NCBI GenBank assembly: GCA_965116875.1
Contig: OZ220733.1
Location: forward strand, 64,001-128,000
Reading direction: 5' to 3'
DNA: 64,000 nucleotides
DNA from: Candidatus Latescibacterota bacterium
GTDB taxonomy: Bacteria; Latescibacterota; UBA2968; GCA-2709665
Part shown: piece after piece, positions 1 to 9,834 of the stretch
How the letters are laid out: each line of letters starts with the position of its first letter
Position numbering within the stretch: position 1 is the stretch's first letter
The notes under the pieces: generated by a model
The model's database searches: none
Seen by the model: only the letters and a program-made list of their open reading frames with translations
What the model was told of the DNA's origin: nothing
Position numbers and translations under genes: made by a program

Positions 1-945
1 GAAATGCAGCTGTGTCTCCGAGTAGAGGTCGTACTCGAACCCTTCCCGCTCCAGCCAGCCCATCAACCGCCATTCCGCCGGCGCCACGTGATTCGGGGCC
101 CGCCCCTCGATCGGATCGGTTACCTGTTCTTCCTCGGGTACCGCATTGATCGGCTCCGGACGCTCGAACGACAGCGGCAGATACTCCTCCGCATCGTAGT
201 TTATGTGCTCCGGATCGGTGTAGCGCTTCAATTCGAGCCGGGCATTGATGGTTGGTGTGGGAGGCATCTTGTCCGGGTGAATATAGTTGCTGCGTCCGCC
301 GAAATTATTGTAGCAGTTCCAGTTGATGTTCGACGCCAGCACGGCCACTCTCGCCCGCGGTTGGGACGGCGCAACAACCCACGGAAACGAAAAGAACAGG
401 CCGGAATCCGTTTTCGCATGAAAATAGTAGAGGCCGGACCGTTCAGGCGCCGTGACCAGTTGTTTATGTCCCGGGCTGGTATACCCGAACCGGTTCCACT
501 GTGCGCCCACCTGCGTATAATCACCGTCGGGAGTCAGCTGCACGGTAGCCCGCGGTCCGTGCTCGTCGTACCACCCGATCGGCCTGATGAGTTCCTTTTT
601 CCAGCCGTAACGCCACAACTCCAGTTTGTACTGTTCGTGTGAATGCACGCGAAATTCGGAGCGATCGCCCGACTTGACGCACTTGGGCCACACGTAGCCC
701 ATGAGGCAGTCCTTCAGCAGACGAAACTGATGGGGTTCATCGGGCTTCACCTCCATATTGACGATCTTCGACCCGTACCCATGCCGCGCCAGAACCACCT
801 GATACCGCCCTGGCGAAACGTCCGCATATACCGCACCCGATGCCGACGAACGTGCGGGAACCGCGTTTCCCGACGCGTCCCTGAACTCCAGCGCCACGTC
901 AGACATCGCGATATAGCGCTCATCACTCACGTATCCCACCAGCAT
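1..945 (-). CDS. N,N-dimethylformamidase beta-subunit-family protein with an N-terminal carboxypeptidase-regulatory-like domain (3' end runs off the window)
   Basis: Not in the ORF track because it has no stop in the window. I translated it from ATG 945 (RBS AAGGAG): MLVGYVSDERYIAMSDVALEF...GYVWPKCVKSGD...PERSGLYYFH...VAVLASNINWNCYNNFGGRSNY...LSFERP...EWRLMGWLEREGFEYDLYSETQLH. The W-x-x-YN-x-FGG-x-S-x-Y, SF-x-RP and WLEREG motifs are typical of this family. Confidence 0.75.
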   Translation of the reverse strand, partial: MLVGYVSDERYIAMSDVALEFRDASGNAVPARSSASGAVYADVSPGRYQVVLARHGYGSKIVNMEVKPDEPHQFRLLKDCLMGYVWPKCVKSGDRSEFRVHSHEQYKLELWRYGWKKELIRPIGWYDEHGPRATVQLTPDGDYTQVGAQWNRFGYTSPGHKQLVTAPERSGLYYFHAKTDSGLFFSFPWVVAPSQPRARVAVLASNINWNCYNNFGGRSNYIHPDKMPPTPTINARLELKRYTDPEHINYDAEEYLPLSFERPEPINAVPEEEQVTDPIEGRAPNHVAPAEWRLMGWLEREGFEYDLYSETQLHF

Positions 946-1021
946 ATCGCGCTCTCCTTGCTTTGAGTCTCCGTATTGATTCTCATCTGTCAATCGATGT
1001 GCGTTCGATGCAATCGTCCCC

Positions 1022-2422
1022 TTACGTCGTATAGCCGGGAGGGTGCTCCGCCCGCCAGTCCGTTGCCTGCTCGTACGCGTAGGCCAGCCGCAGAATCGTC
1101 GCCTCGTCGTAAGGCTTGCCGGTCAGCTGCAGTCCTACCGGAAGTCCCCGGGACGTAAACCCGCAGGGTACGGATACCGCGCACAGACCCAGCCAGTTTA
1201 CGAGCCGCGTGAGCAGACGGTGCGGCTCCCCGCGGTCCAGATCGCTCAAGCGCGGGGCGGGCGACAACATCGTGGGACCGGCGACGGCCTCGACGTCTCT
1301 CAACCTTGCCGCCGTCGTGCGCATCATTTCGGCTCGTTTTCGCTGAATCTCCGCAAGATCGACGGCAAGCAGGTCCGGCTCGACCTGAAGGCGCGCACGG
1401 ACGCCGGCGCCGAACGAATCCGGCGTTTCCGCCAACGCCTTGCGATGAACAACGACCGCCTCGGTCCGCAGGAGCCTCAGGTTATCTTCCTCTCGTTCGG
1501 CCTGAACCGCCTCGGGTAACGTCATTTCCCGGACGTGGACGCCCAGGCCGGCGAGGACATGAATCGCATCTTCCACGCGAGAGACGACGTCCGGTTCCGC
1601 CCCACTGAAGAATGGTTCGCGGACCACGGCGAGCCGAAGGCCGGAGACATCCTTCTTCATGAGACCCACGACGTCGCCAACCGGCAGATCGAGTGCGGTG
1701 GCATCTCCGGCATCCGCGCCCGCGATCGCCTCATAGATCAGCGCGGCGTCCTCGACGCATCTGGCCATGGGCCCGATCGTGTCCAGCGTCCAGGAAAGCG
1801 GCATGACGCCCGCCGTGCCGATGCGGCCCGTTGTGGTCTTGAGACCGACGATACCGCAGTATGCCGCGGGAATACGCACCGACCCGCCGGTGTCCGTTCC
1901 GATCGCGGTCGCGGCCAGGCCGGCCGCGACCGCCAGCCCGGATCCGCTGCTGGATCCGCCGGGAACCCGCCGCGGGTCCCATGGATTCGGCGGCGTGCCG
2001 AAGTGAGGGTTGATTCCGAACGGACCGAAGGCATATTCCACAAGGTTCGTCTTGCCCAGCAGCACCGTGCCCGCCCGCGCCAGTCGCTTCGCCACCGTGG
2101 AGGAGGCCGCGGGCACGTAGTCCTTCCTCGCCAGCGCTCCCGACGTGGTTCGAATGCCCGCGGTATCGCACAGGTCCTTCAATGCAATCGGCACGCCGTG
2201 CAGCGGCCCGGCATCGTTGCCGGACCGGAGCGCCCGTTCCGCGGCCTTCGCATCCGCCCGCGCTCGATCGGGGGTTACCGTAATGAAGGCATTCGTGCGA
2301 GGCTGATACCGATGGATGCGCTCCAGATACGCTTCGGTTACGTCTACAGGCGAAACCTGTCCGCTGCGGTACAGCCCGGCGAGTTCCCCGGCCGTCAGAA
2401 AATGAAGTGCGCGCTGTGCCAT
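1022..2422 (-). CDS. Amidase signature (AS) family amidase, GatA-like
   Basis: 466 aa; GPLHGVPIALKDL (catalytic Lys), PGGSSSGSG and GTDTGGSVRIPAAYCG (Ser-cisSer-Lys triad). No gatB or gatC is adjacent, so I do not call it gatA. Confidence 0.9.
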   Translation of the reverse strand: MAQRALHFLTAGELAGLYRSGQVSPVDVTEAYLERIHRYQPRTNAFITVTPDRARADAKAAERALRSGNDAGPLHGVPIALKDLCDTAGIRTTSGALARKDYVPAASSTVAKRLARAGTVLLGKTNLVEYAFGPFGINPHFGTPPNPWDPRRVPGGSSSGSGLAVAAGLAATAIGTDTGGSVRIPAAYCGIVGLKTTTGRIGTAGVMPLSWTLDTIGPMARCVEDAALIYEAIAGADAGDATALDLPVGDVVGLMKKDVSGLRLAVVREPFFSGAEPDVVSRVEDAIHVLAGLGVHVREMTLPEAVQAEREEDNLRLLRTEAVVVHRKALAETPDSFGAGVRARLQVEPDLLAVDLAEIQRKRAEMMRTTAARLRDVEAVAGPTMLSPAPRLSDLDRGEPHRLLTRLVNWLGLCAVSVPCGFTSRGLPVGLQLTGKPYDEATILRLAYAYEQATDWRAEHPPGYTT

Positions 2423-2521
2423 AACAGTCCGTTGATCATGCCGTTCTGAAGGCCTGCCCGTGAAGCGTTGGCAGGCAGGCGAGGCCGCCGCCGCAATACC
2501 CGGAACACCGCAGGCATCGGC

Positions 2522-2860
2522 CTAACCACAGCCCGGTCCTCTGACCTCCTGCCACGCAACCTGTTCCGGCAGCAACCCGCGCGCGAAGCCTTTCGGGTCC
2601 GCACGATGGCCATCGACGAGTTGCCGGATCTCTTTCAACACCCGCTCGCGGTCGTAAAGTCCGTACCGGTAGATGTCGATCGGCCCGATAAGCTTCAGAT
2701 AGAAATGGTTGCCGGCATCGTGCTCCTCCGCGCATGCGCTGGGCTTGTGAGCGATATCCAGCTGCGCATCGAACGCGTCCGCGAAAGCAGCCAGCAGCGG
2801 TTCACCGTGCAGATCGGCCGGAATCTCCGGAAACCGGTTTACCAGTTCCTGAATTGTCAT
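2522..2860 (-). CDS. Hypothetical protein (112 aa)
   Basis: ATG 2860 follows a strong RBS (CAGGAGG); MTIQELVNRFPEIP...VRGPGCG; co-directional with the operon. Confidence 0.7.
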   Translation of the reverse strand: MTIQELVNRFPEIPADLHGEPLLAAFADAFDAQLDIAHKPSACAEEHDAGNHFYLKLIGPIDIYRYGLYDRERVLKEIRQLVDGHRADPKGFARGLLPEQVAWQEVRGPGCG

Positions 2861-3269
2861 CCTCCTGCTCCTCTCCCTGATCCGTCCCGGTTTCCCGAAG
2901 CAACTCATCGGGAATCCGCTTGCGCCCCTGATAACCTTCCATGGGACCGTGGTAATGCGTGATGGCCGGCTCATCGCTTCGCCAGCACAGAAGCACCTCC
3001 TGTCCGTCAATTACGCCGGGAAAATCCACAAGACCCAGGCTGAAATTGGGGTCCTTGTACGAACATCCGATACCCTCCAGTTCCTGGAAGAACTCATTCA
3101 ACGATGCAATCAGCTTTTTGATCTCGGCATCGTCGGCCGCGGCTGGCCCCAGTTCCCCGGCAAGCTGCCTCAACCTGCGTCCGGACGCCTGGATGTCGGC
3201 AACGATGCGTTTCACCAGCGGCAGGGTCCGGTTGGCCTCAAGCGGCGTGAAATACCTGATTTCGTTCAT
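2802..3269 (-). CDS. DUF2203 family protein
   Basis: MNEIRYFTPLEANRTLPLV...GLVDFPGVIDGQEVLLCWRSDEPAITHYHGPMEGYQGRKRI matches the DUF2203 pattern; start moved to ATG 3269. Confidence 0.85.
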   Translation of the reverse strand: MNEIRYFTPLEANRTLPLVKRIVADIQASGRRLRQLAGELGPAAADDAEIKKLIASLNEFFQELEGIGCSYKDPNFSLGLVDFPGVIDGQEVLLCWRSDEPAITHYHGPMEGYQGRKRIPDELLRETGTDQGEEQEDDNSGTGKPVSGDSGRSAR

Positions 3270-3285
3270 CGACGCCACCCCCTTG

Positions 3286-4353
3286 TCAAAAGGCGCCGGG
3301 CTCCGTGCCCGCGTCCCGAGGGTTTCGATCCCGCCGGCCGACGTCACCCGACACGAAATCGTCCAGCCGTATCAGCGCTCCTCCGCGGGATGCAGACGCA
3401 TTCGCGCCCAGCACCGCGGCCAGACTGTTCAACGCCTGCCCGTACCCGTTTCGCAGTGCCGACGGGTCGCCCGATCGGATCGCGTTGACAAATTCACGCG
3501 CCTGGCTGGCAAACGCATTGTCCGCGGCGGGCGCCTTGAAAACCGTCTCCCCGTTTTCCACGACCCTCTCCGCTGACCACTCCATCAGCGAATCGTCGCA
3601 CACCACCACCACCTCCCGCCTGGACGCACTCACGTTCGTCAGCACGCGCGAGGTGGTCACACTGGCCACAACGCCGTTTTCGAATCGGTAATTCACGTCG
3701 TACACATGGGGCAGGTTGATGGGCTCGGGACCTTCCCCGGGCTTGCGATAATGATAAAACGCGGAAACCTCCGTGATGTCACCCAGGAAGAACCTGAGCA
3801 GGTCCACCATATGAATCGTATTCTCCACAAACGATCCGCCGCAGAGTTCGAAACGGCTTGTCCAGTATCGAATGTGGCTGCCGCTGTAAAGCAGTTGTAC
3901 GAGCGCGTGTCTGGGCGTCCGTTTCGAGATCCGGTCTCGCATGAACTTCGCGGTTGTGTAGTACCGACTCATGAAACCAACCTGAGAAGGAACCCCCGAC
4001 TTCCTTATCGCTTCGCTGAACCGGACGGCCTGTGCCATGTCGAGCGTCTGGGGCTTCTCCACCATGACGGGAATCCCCTTCTCCGCGGCAATCAATTCGG
4101 CATCCGTATGCAGGGTGGGCGGGATGCAGACGTAGACGCCGTCCAGATGCTCCTTGTCGAACATTTCGCGATGGTCTGTATATACGGCATTCGCCCCGAA
4201 AGTCCGCGCGTGGCTGGCGGCCGTTTCACCGTCCACGTCGCAAAACGCCTGCAGGGTTACCATGCCTTTCCCCGCCAGCTCGGCAAGCGGCGGTAGATGG
4301 GCATTGACCGTAATGTGCCCCAGTCCGACGAAACCCAGTCGTGCGGCGGTCAT
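3286..4353 (-). CDS. Gfo/Idh/MocA family oxidoreductase
   Basis: LGFVGLGHI Rossmann start, VMVEKP, GGSFVENTIHMVD; start ATG 4353 after GAGGAAGAGG. Confidence 0.9.
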   Translation of the reverse strand: MTAARLGFVGLGHITVNAHLPPLAELAGKGMVTLQAFCDVDGETAASHARTFGANAVYTDHREMFDKEHLDGVYVCIPPTLHTDAELIAAEKGIPVMVEKPQTLDMAQAVRFSEAIRKSGVPSQVGFMSRYYTTAKFMRDRISKRTPRHALVQLLYSGSHIRYWTSRFELCGGSFVENTIHMVDLLRFFLGDITEVSAFYHYRKPGEGPEPINLPHVYDVNYRFENGVVASVTTSRVLTNVSASRREVVVVCDDSLMEWSAERVVENGETVFKAPAADNAFASQAREFVNAIRSGDPSALRNGYGQALNSLAAVLGANASASRGGALIRLDDFVSGDVGRRDRNPRDAGTEPGAF

Positions 4354-4373
4354 CCTCTTCCTCCTCGATCTGC

Positions 4374-5057
4374 TCACCGTACGTCGCGATAAAGACGGCA
4401 CAGCCGCTTGTCCGAGACCGAACACAGATACAGGATTCGTAACATCCACATCCAGAGAATCGTGGGTACGACCCCCCACCGCCGCCATCGGCGCGTGGAC
4501 GTACGGACGCTGCCCTCCAGCAGAACGAAACGGCCCAGCTTCCTCACGGCGGCGCAGAACTCCGAGTCCTCGAAAAGCGCCACTTCCGGAAAGCCGGCCA
4601 CGCGGTCGAAAACGGCCCGCCGGACGTATATTCCCTGATCTCCGTAGGTGATTCCCAGATATCTGGACCGCATCGTGGAGAGGAATGCGATCGTCCGGAA
4701 CATCCACGTATCTTCGGTTAGCCCCATCCGGAAACTTCCGCCTGCCACTCCCGGGTCCTGGAGCGATTCCCGGATCATCCGGACGGCGCCGTCAGGCAGA
4801 AACGTATCGGCGTGCAGAAACAGAAGCACGTCCCCGGAGGCCAGACTCGCCCCGCGATTCAGCTGCGCGGACCGGCCTGATTTCGGCGACGTCACCAGCC
4901 GCGCGATTCCGGCTGCCCGGGTCCGGTCCTGCGTTCCGTCCCGGCTGCCGCCATCGACCACGATCACCTCGACGTTCCGAAGTCCGCGGAACTGCGCCAG
5001 GCAGCCGGCTATCGCTTCCGCCTCGTTGACAACGGGAATGATGACACTGATCTGCAA
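4374..5057 (-). CDS. GT2 glycosyltransferase, TIGR04283-like
   Basis: ISVIIPVVNEA, VVDGGSRDGT, GRSAQLNRGA, FLHADT, YGDQG, LFED, TSTRRW. Confidence 0.85.
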   Translation of the reverse strand: MQISVIIPVVNEAEAIAGCLAQFRGLRNVEVIVVDGGSRDGTQDRTRAAGIARLVTSPKSGRSAQLNRGASLASGDVLLFLHADTFLPDGAVRMIRESLQDPGVAGGSFRMGLTEDTWMFRTIAFLSTMRSRYLGITYGDQGIYVRRAVFDRVAGFPEVALFEDSEFCAAVRKLGRFVLLEGSVRTSTRRWRRWGVVPTILWMWMLRILYLCSVSDKRLCRLYRDVR

Positions 5058-5090
5058 CGTGGTCTCGTGGAATGAAAAACGCCTGTCGCG

Positions 5091-5660
5091 CTACCGCCTT
5101 TGTTTCAGCAAGATGCGCGCGTAGCTTGCTGACGAAGTCAGAAGAAGAAACGCCGACAGATACAGAAAAGGTACTTTCAGCGGTTGCGCATCCATTGCGT
5201 AGGCAATCAGCAGGACGCTCAACGCACAACTGGTCAGCTTGCCCCAGACGTTGGAAGAGTGCACGATTCGTTCCCGATTCAACAAGAAGACACCGGCCGC
5301 CACAATGGAAACATCCCGTCCAACGACCACGGCGACGACCCAGAGCGGCAATCCCTTTACAATTGCCAGCGTGATCGCGATCGCATCGATGGCCACCTTG
5401 TCGGCAAGCGGGTCCAGGATCTTTCCCCAGCGGGTAACCGTCTCCCAGCGCCTTGCGAGATATCCGTCCAGAATATCGGTTATAATCATTGCCATGACAA
5501 CGGAGAACAGATACCACTTATACGCCGGACCCATCCAGATCATCCAGAGAACCGGGCCGGTCAACACGACGCGGAGCAGGCTCAGGCCGTTTGCGACTGT
5601 CCAGAACGGATCTGCCGAACCATTCCGGCGGGGCTCGGCAGGGGAGGCTCCTTCGTTCAT
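5091..5660 (-). CDS. CDP-alcohol phosphatidyltransferase (PgsA-like)
   Basis: TVANGLSLLR and the signature DILDGYLARR-x5-WGKILDPLADK; hydrophobic; start overlaps the upstream stop (ATGA). Confidence 0.9.
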   Translation of the reverse strand: MNEGASPAEPRRNGSADPFWTVANGLSLLRVVLTGPVLWMIWMGPAYKWYLFSVVMAMIITDILDGYLARRWETVTRWGKILDPLADKVAIDAIAITLAIVKGLPLWVVAVVVGRDVSIVAAGVFLLNRERIVHSSNVWGKLTSCALSVLLIAYAMDAQPLKVPFLYLSAFLLLTSSASYARILLKQRR

Positions 5661-6316
5661 CGATCCACCTGTTCGCGGGACGAGAGCACGACACAGCCCA
5701 TGTTCGCCAATTCGCAAAACGCATTCTGCGCGGGACCCCACGTGGTCAGATGGTACGTTCCGTCCGGTACCTTCTGGCTTCGCGTGAAATTCGCGAAAAT
5801 ACACGCCACGCCGTCGTGTCGCGCCCGGCTCACCTCAGGTACGCCGTCCCACGGGATGGCCAGTTGCGCGCACCAGCGTCCATTCGGGCCCAACTCCCCG
5901 ACCGTCCAAACCAGTCCCGGAACGTCGAATTCCGCCATCGCCCGCCAGTCGGTCTCCTCCTCATGCGGAAAGTAAAGGTCCAGAACGGCGCCAAGGGGGT
6001 TCACCTCGATTTCGTAGTAACCGCTTCCTGCTCGAAGGAAGACCTCCACCGCACATTCGTTGAACAGGTCCTGGTCCCGCTCCCGCATCGTGACGGAAAC
6101 GGGGGACGGATCGGATACAAGACACACGTAAAGGGCCTCGTCGTCCCAGAGCGCCGCGGCTTCCAGGAAATAACCCGGCGGGTCGGCCCGGGTACCGATC
6201 AGATGGAACGCCCGGCTGATTTTCTCTGCCGAAGCCCACACCGTTCCGGCAATGTTTCCATCCAGTGGCGGCGGAGTGGAGACTCTTCTGCAGCAGTAGA
6301 CAGGTCGCTCTCTCAT
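5657..6316 (-). CDS. Carbohydrate-binding family 9-like (CBM9/DOMON-like) protein
   Basis: PPPLDGNI...W, LWDDEALYV, ECAVEVFL, YYEIEVNPLGAVLD, WCAQLAIPW; start ATG 6316 after AAGGA. Confidence 0.8.
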   Translation of the reverse strand: MRERPVYCCRRVSTPPPLDGNIAGTVWASAEKISRAFHLIGTRADPPGYFLEAAALWDDEALYVCLVSDPSPVSVTMRERDQDLFNECAVEVFLRAGSGYYEIEVNPLGAVLDLYFPHEEETDWRAMAEFDVPGLVWTVGELGPNGRWCAQLAIPWDGVPEVSRARHDGVACIFANFTRSQKVPDGTYHLTTWGPAQNAFCELANMGCVVLSSREQVDR

Positions 6317-6419
6317 TCCTTTTTCCTTCCTGGATTCGTACATGCGAACGGCAACGCCCGCATGCCGCGTTCGTTCATAACACTCCGGAACGACAACGGC
6401 GTTGGTCGCCGCGGTTGAT

Positions 6420-7160
6420 TCAGTCGCGTACGACGGTTTCCCGGTTCCTGCCTGCCCGCGATATTGAAACCAGATGTTCGAATATGCGGTCCCACACCGT
6501 TCCCGGCAACCCCTCAGGGTGAAATTGTACGCCAATGATGCGTCCGTCTTCCGATTCTATTCCTTCAATAACGCCGTCATCGCTTACCGCATTGACGCGG
6601 AGCCCGTTACCGGGTCCCTCAATGGCCTGGATGTGGGAGCTGTTCACTTCGAGGGGCTCGCCCGGCCGGCCGGTCAGGCCGGCGAGCCAGGTATCCGCCA
6701 GCGTCCTCACTCCATGCCGCACCTGCCTTCCTTCCGTCCGCCCGGGGGAATGGGCGCATTTGCCGAGTTGGGCCTGTAAATCCGCGTAAATCGCGCCGTC
6801 GAATCTGGCATTGATGAACTGCATACCGTAGCAGATGCCCAGCATTGGCAAATTCCGTTTCCGTGCGCCGTGGTAGATCCAGTTGTCCGTCTGAGCCCGG
6901 ATTGGATCTACAGGGGGCAAATCGTCGGGAAGTACGCCAATCAGACCGTCGGTAATGCCCGGACCGCCCGTTATAATCAGCCCGTCAATCAGAGTCAGTA
7001 CCGGCGCAAGCACCTCCCTCCGTTCGACCATGGGAAGAATCACCGGGCAACCGCCCGCCCGTTCCACGGCGTTGATATACGCGCAACCCACGGCCTGGCG
7101 TGAGGCGAGACCCTTCGACGTCTCGATGCTGGTTGTGATGCCGATTACCGGTCGTGACAC
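6420..7160 (-). CDS. Peptidase C26 / gamma-glutamyl-gamma-aminobutyrate hydrolase family (class I glutamine amidotransferase)
   Basis: RPVIGIT, DGLIITGG, LGICYGMQ (catalytic Cys), VNSSHIQAI, GVQFHPE. Confidence 0.9.
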   Translation of the reverse strand: MSRPVIGITTSIETSKGLASRQAVGCAYINAVERAGGCPVILPMVERREVLAPVLTLIDGLIITGGPGITDGLIGVLPDDLPPVDPIRAQTDNWIYHGARKRNLPMLGICYGMQFINARFDGAIYADLQAQLGKCAHSPGRTEGRQVRHGVRTLADTWLAGLTGRPGEPLEVNSSHIQAIEGPGNGLRVNAVSDDGVIEGIESEDGRIIGVQFHPEGLPGTVWDRIFEHLVSISRAGRNRETVVRD

Positions 7161-7193
7161 GCGTTTCTCCGCTTCTCACCCGCGACCGCGGTC

Positions 7194-7928
7194 CTAGGAT
7201 AGCATCAACCGGACCCCGATCGTCAGGACAAGGACCAGAATCGCCCTGTTGAACCAGACCGCCGACAACCCGCGATTCATCAGGATCCCCAGGCCCACGC
7301 CCGCGGCCAACGTTGGCAGCATAAGGAGATCCATGCGCCACACTTCCGGTCCCAGCAGCCCAAGGTGCACATAGGCCAGCGCTTTCATGGAATTCAACGC
7401 CAGCCCCACAAGCATCGCGGTTGCAACAAATACCCTGCCGCTCAGGCCCTGCGGTATCAGATACAGCATCAGGATAATACCGCCGGAATGGGTGAGCACC
7501 GAGACGACACCCAGCGCCACGCCGGCGGCGGCAGCGGACATAACGGGCACGCCTGGCAGTCGGTCTCTGAATGCCTGCAACAGGCCGAAGACGCACGCCA
7601 GACCGCCCAGGACCCGCCGGAACCAGAGTTCGGGTATTGCATCCAGCAAGACCCAGCCGACCAGCACGCCCACCGCCATCCCCGGAATCAGGCTCCCGAC
7701 GACCCGGGACACGCGGTACTTCCAATAATACCGAATCGCGATCAGGTCCGCCGCGAGCGAAAGCGGCAACATAACGCCCAGCGCCATCTTGGCGGGTATC
7801 ACGAGCGCCAGCAGCGGCGTCACGACCACGCCCACGCCGCCCCCGAACCCGGCTTTCATGACGCCAATGAGCAGGCCCGCCACCGCCAGCACCAGATGCG
7901 TAATATCCAAACGCCCCCCTGTTGTCAC
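7194..7928 (-). CDS. Sulfite exporter TauE/SafE family membrane protein
   Basis: Multi-TM; GVMKAGFGGGVG, PLLAL, HSGG repeat motifs. Confidence 0.85.
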   Translation of the reverse strand: MTTGGRLDITHLVLAVAGLLIGVMKAGFGGGVGVVVTPLLALVIPAKMALGVMLPLSLAADLIAIRYYWKYRVSRVVGSLIPGMAVGVLVGWVLLDAIPELWFRRVLGGLACVFGLLQAFRDRLPGVPVMSAAAAGVALGVVSVLTHSGGIILMLYLIPQGLSGRVFVATAMLVGLALNSMKALAYVHLGLLGPEVWRMDLLMLPTLAAGVGLGILMNRGLSAVWFNRAILVLVLTIGVRLMLS

Positions 7929-7937
7929 CGGACCGAT

Positions 7938-8714
7938 TTATCGGCGGCGGAACACGACTCTTTTCAGCTTCCGCAGTGCGCAAAACAGCCAGCGTACGTC
8001 TCTGACGAGCGGCAGTTTGAAGTAGAGACCGAGTCGATATTTCCGTCGGACACACCACACTGCCCGGTCGTCGGACTCCCTGCGGCTGATGTTTGCGCTG
8101 TGGATCCGGTAGAAGTAAAGGGGCTTTGGAACATAGTGCCCGCGGCCGTGCTGTCTCAGGACGACATTCAGCCAAAGGTCCCAGTCCTGATAACGCCGCA
8201 GTGTTTCGTCGAAACCGGGAAAGCTGCCTGACCGCAAGAGTGAGGCGACATCCACGTAATTACCCTCTCGCAGCCTTTCCGGCCGGAAGGGTCCGGACTT
8301 CCTGACCCCGTCCGGCTCGGGATGCCATGAGCCGTCCCCATCGGTGAAGTTGACCCGATCGCAATAGATGAAGTCCAGGTCCGGCCGCGCACGTGCCGCC
8401 TTATAGAGTTCATCCAGAAACCCGGGCGCCATATGGTTGTCCGCGTCAAAGAAGAGCACCCATTCGGCGGAAACCTGAGTGAAGCCGAAATTCCGCGCCC
8501 TGTTGGCGTTCAGGAATTCAACGCGGCGGTAATCCACCTCCGGAAACTGACGTGCGACGGCTTCGGTCTCGTCGGTGCTGGCGTCGTCCACCACCAGAAC
8601 CGACGCCGGTTTCAGCAACTGGCTTTCTATCGAATGCAGGCATTGCGACAGATAACGGCCGTAATTGTGACAGGTGACGATAACGGCAATATCCGCCTTG
8701 CGCTCTGGATTCAT
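7938..8714 (-). CDS. GT2 family glycosyltransferase
   Basis: VIVTCHNYGRYL, VVDDASTD, ARNFG, FFDADN, QDWDLWL; start ATG 8714 overlaps the upstream stop. Confidence 0.9.
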   Translation of the reverse strand: MNPERKADIAVIVTCHNYGRYLSQCLHSIESQLLKPASVLVVDDASTDETEAVARQFPEVDYRRVEFLNANRARNFGFTQVSAEWVLFFDADNHMAPGFLDELYKAARARPDLDFIYCDRVNFTDGDGSWHPEPDGVRKSGPFRPERLREGNYVDVASLLRSGSFPGFDETLRRYQDWDLWLNVVLRQHGRGHYVPKPLYFYRIHSANISRRESDDRAVWCVRRKYRLGLYFKLPLVRDVRWLFCALRKLKRVVFRRR

Positions 8715-9724
8715 CCGTGTGCGTCCGGTGCGGGCGGGCGCGGGGAAACCCGATCGCGGGCCATTCGCAACAGTTCGACCTGGTACTCCAGCCCCAGCAG
8801 CCCATCCGCGCCCGACACGACGGGCCGACCGGCAGAATCCCGCACGCATGCGACGAAGGCGTCGACCAGGATGTGCAGAAAGTCGTCACATTGCAGGGAC
8901 TCTCTACCGTGGACGAGGCGGGCGCGGTAGATTCCATCGTCGACGACGTGCCCCTCCCAATCCACCAGAAATCCGTTGACACCGAACCGGCGGGCCGGAA
9001 TGCCCTCGTCGACGTCCCGCAGTACCAGATCCACGCCGCACCGTCCGCGGGGGCTGACGTAGTCGAATTGCGCCCGGTTCTCACGCTCATCGATTTCGCA
9101 AACGGCGGTTGTCGCATCCATCCTGCCGTCCGGAAGGAAGCCGATGACCAGACTCAACGCGTGCGGAGCGACGTCAGCCCAGATTTCCTCGCGGCGTTTC
9201 GGCCCCTTTCTTCCCTTCACCTCCATTTCCATCGAAATCCGCGTCACGGGGTCCCAGGTTCCGCGGACCCGCTCATAAAACGCCCGGTAGTGCGGTATAC
9301 CCGCCGGATACTGGGCGGACACCCCCAGCAGGCGGCCTGCGTCCTTCGCCTTCGCGACGACTGCCCGTCCGTCGGCGATAATCTCGTCCAGTTCCTTGTC
9401 TTTGTCCCAGCAGAACGGCTTCTCGCAAAGCACATGGGCGCCTGCGTCGAGCGCGGCGACCGCGTGGGCCCTGTGCATCGGATACGGGCTCGTCACCGCG
9501 ACAATGTCGGGAGTTTCGTCCTGCAACATCGTCTCCACGTCCTGATACGTCCGGCCCCTGAACCCGAAGTACGACGCCAGCCGTTCGCGGGTGCGCTCGC
9601 ACGAATCTTTCGACGTGCCCGCGAACGCAACCACCTCGCAACCGGAGAGATCGTACCACCGGGCGTGATGCTGACCGATGCCGCTGGCGCCGATAACGGC
9701 AACCCTGAGAGGCGTGTCGTCCAT
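8711..9724 (-). CDS. Gfo/Idh/MocA family oxidoreductase
   Basis: LRVAVIGASGIG, HVLCEKP. Confidence 0.88.
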   Translation of the reverse strand: MDDTPLRVAVIGASGIGQHHARWYDLSGCEVVAFAGTSKDSCERTRERLASYFGFRGRTYQDVETMLQDETPDIVAVTSPYPMHRAHAVAALDAGAHVLCEKPFCWDKDKELDEIIADGRAVVAKAKDAGRLLGVSAQYPAGIPHYRAFYERVRGTWDPVTRISMEMEVKGRKGPKRREEIWADVAPHALSLVIGFLPDGRMDATTAVCEIDERENRAQFDYVSPRGRCGVDLVLRDVDEGIPARRFGVNGFLVDWEGHVVDDGIYRARLVHGRESLQCDDFLHILVDAFVACVRDSAGRPVVSGADGLLGLEYQVELLRMARDRVSPRPPAPDAHG

Positions 9725-9834
9725 GACAGCTCCTGGATAATGAATCCGTTGATGGTTCCATGTAAAATAGAAATCCTCCGTACCGGGGCCAATCCTTTTT
9801 TCGGCGCTTCACCTGAAAAGTCACCAACGGCCAC

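Noticed and set aside
4-966. Plus-strand ORFs 4-642 and 643-966
   Set aside because: Antisense shadows of the real minus-strand gene starting at 945.
1022-2422. Calling the amidase gatA
   Set aside because: No gatB or gatC neighbours; the context is catabolic.
2802-2860. 59-nt overlap between DUF2203 and the next gene as programmed recoding
   Set aside because: More simply a drifted stop codon giving a low-complexity tail; no slippery site seen.
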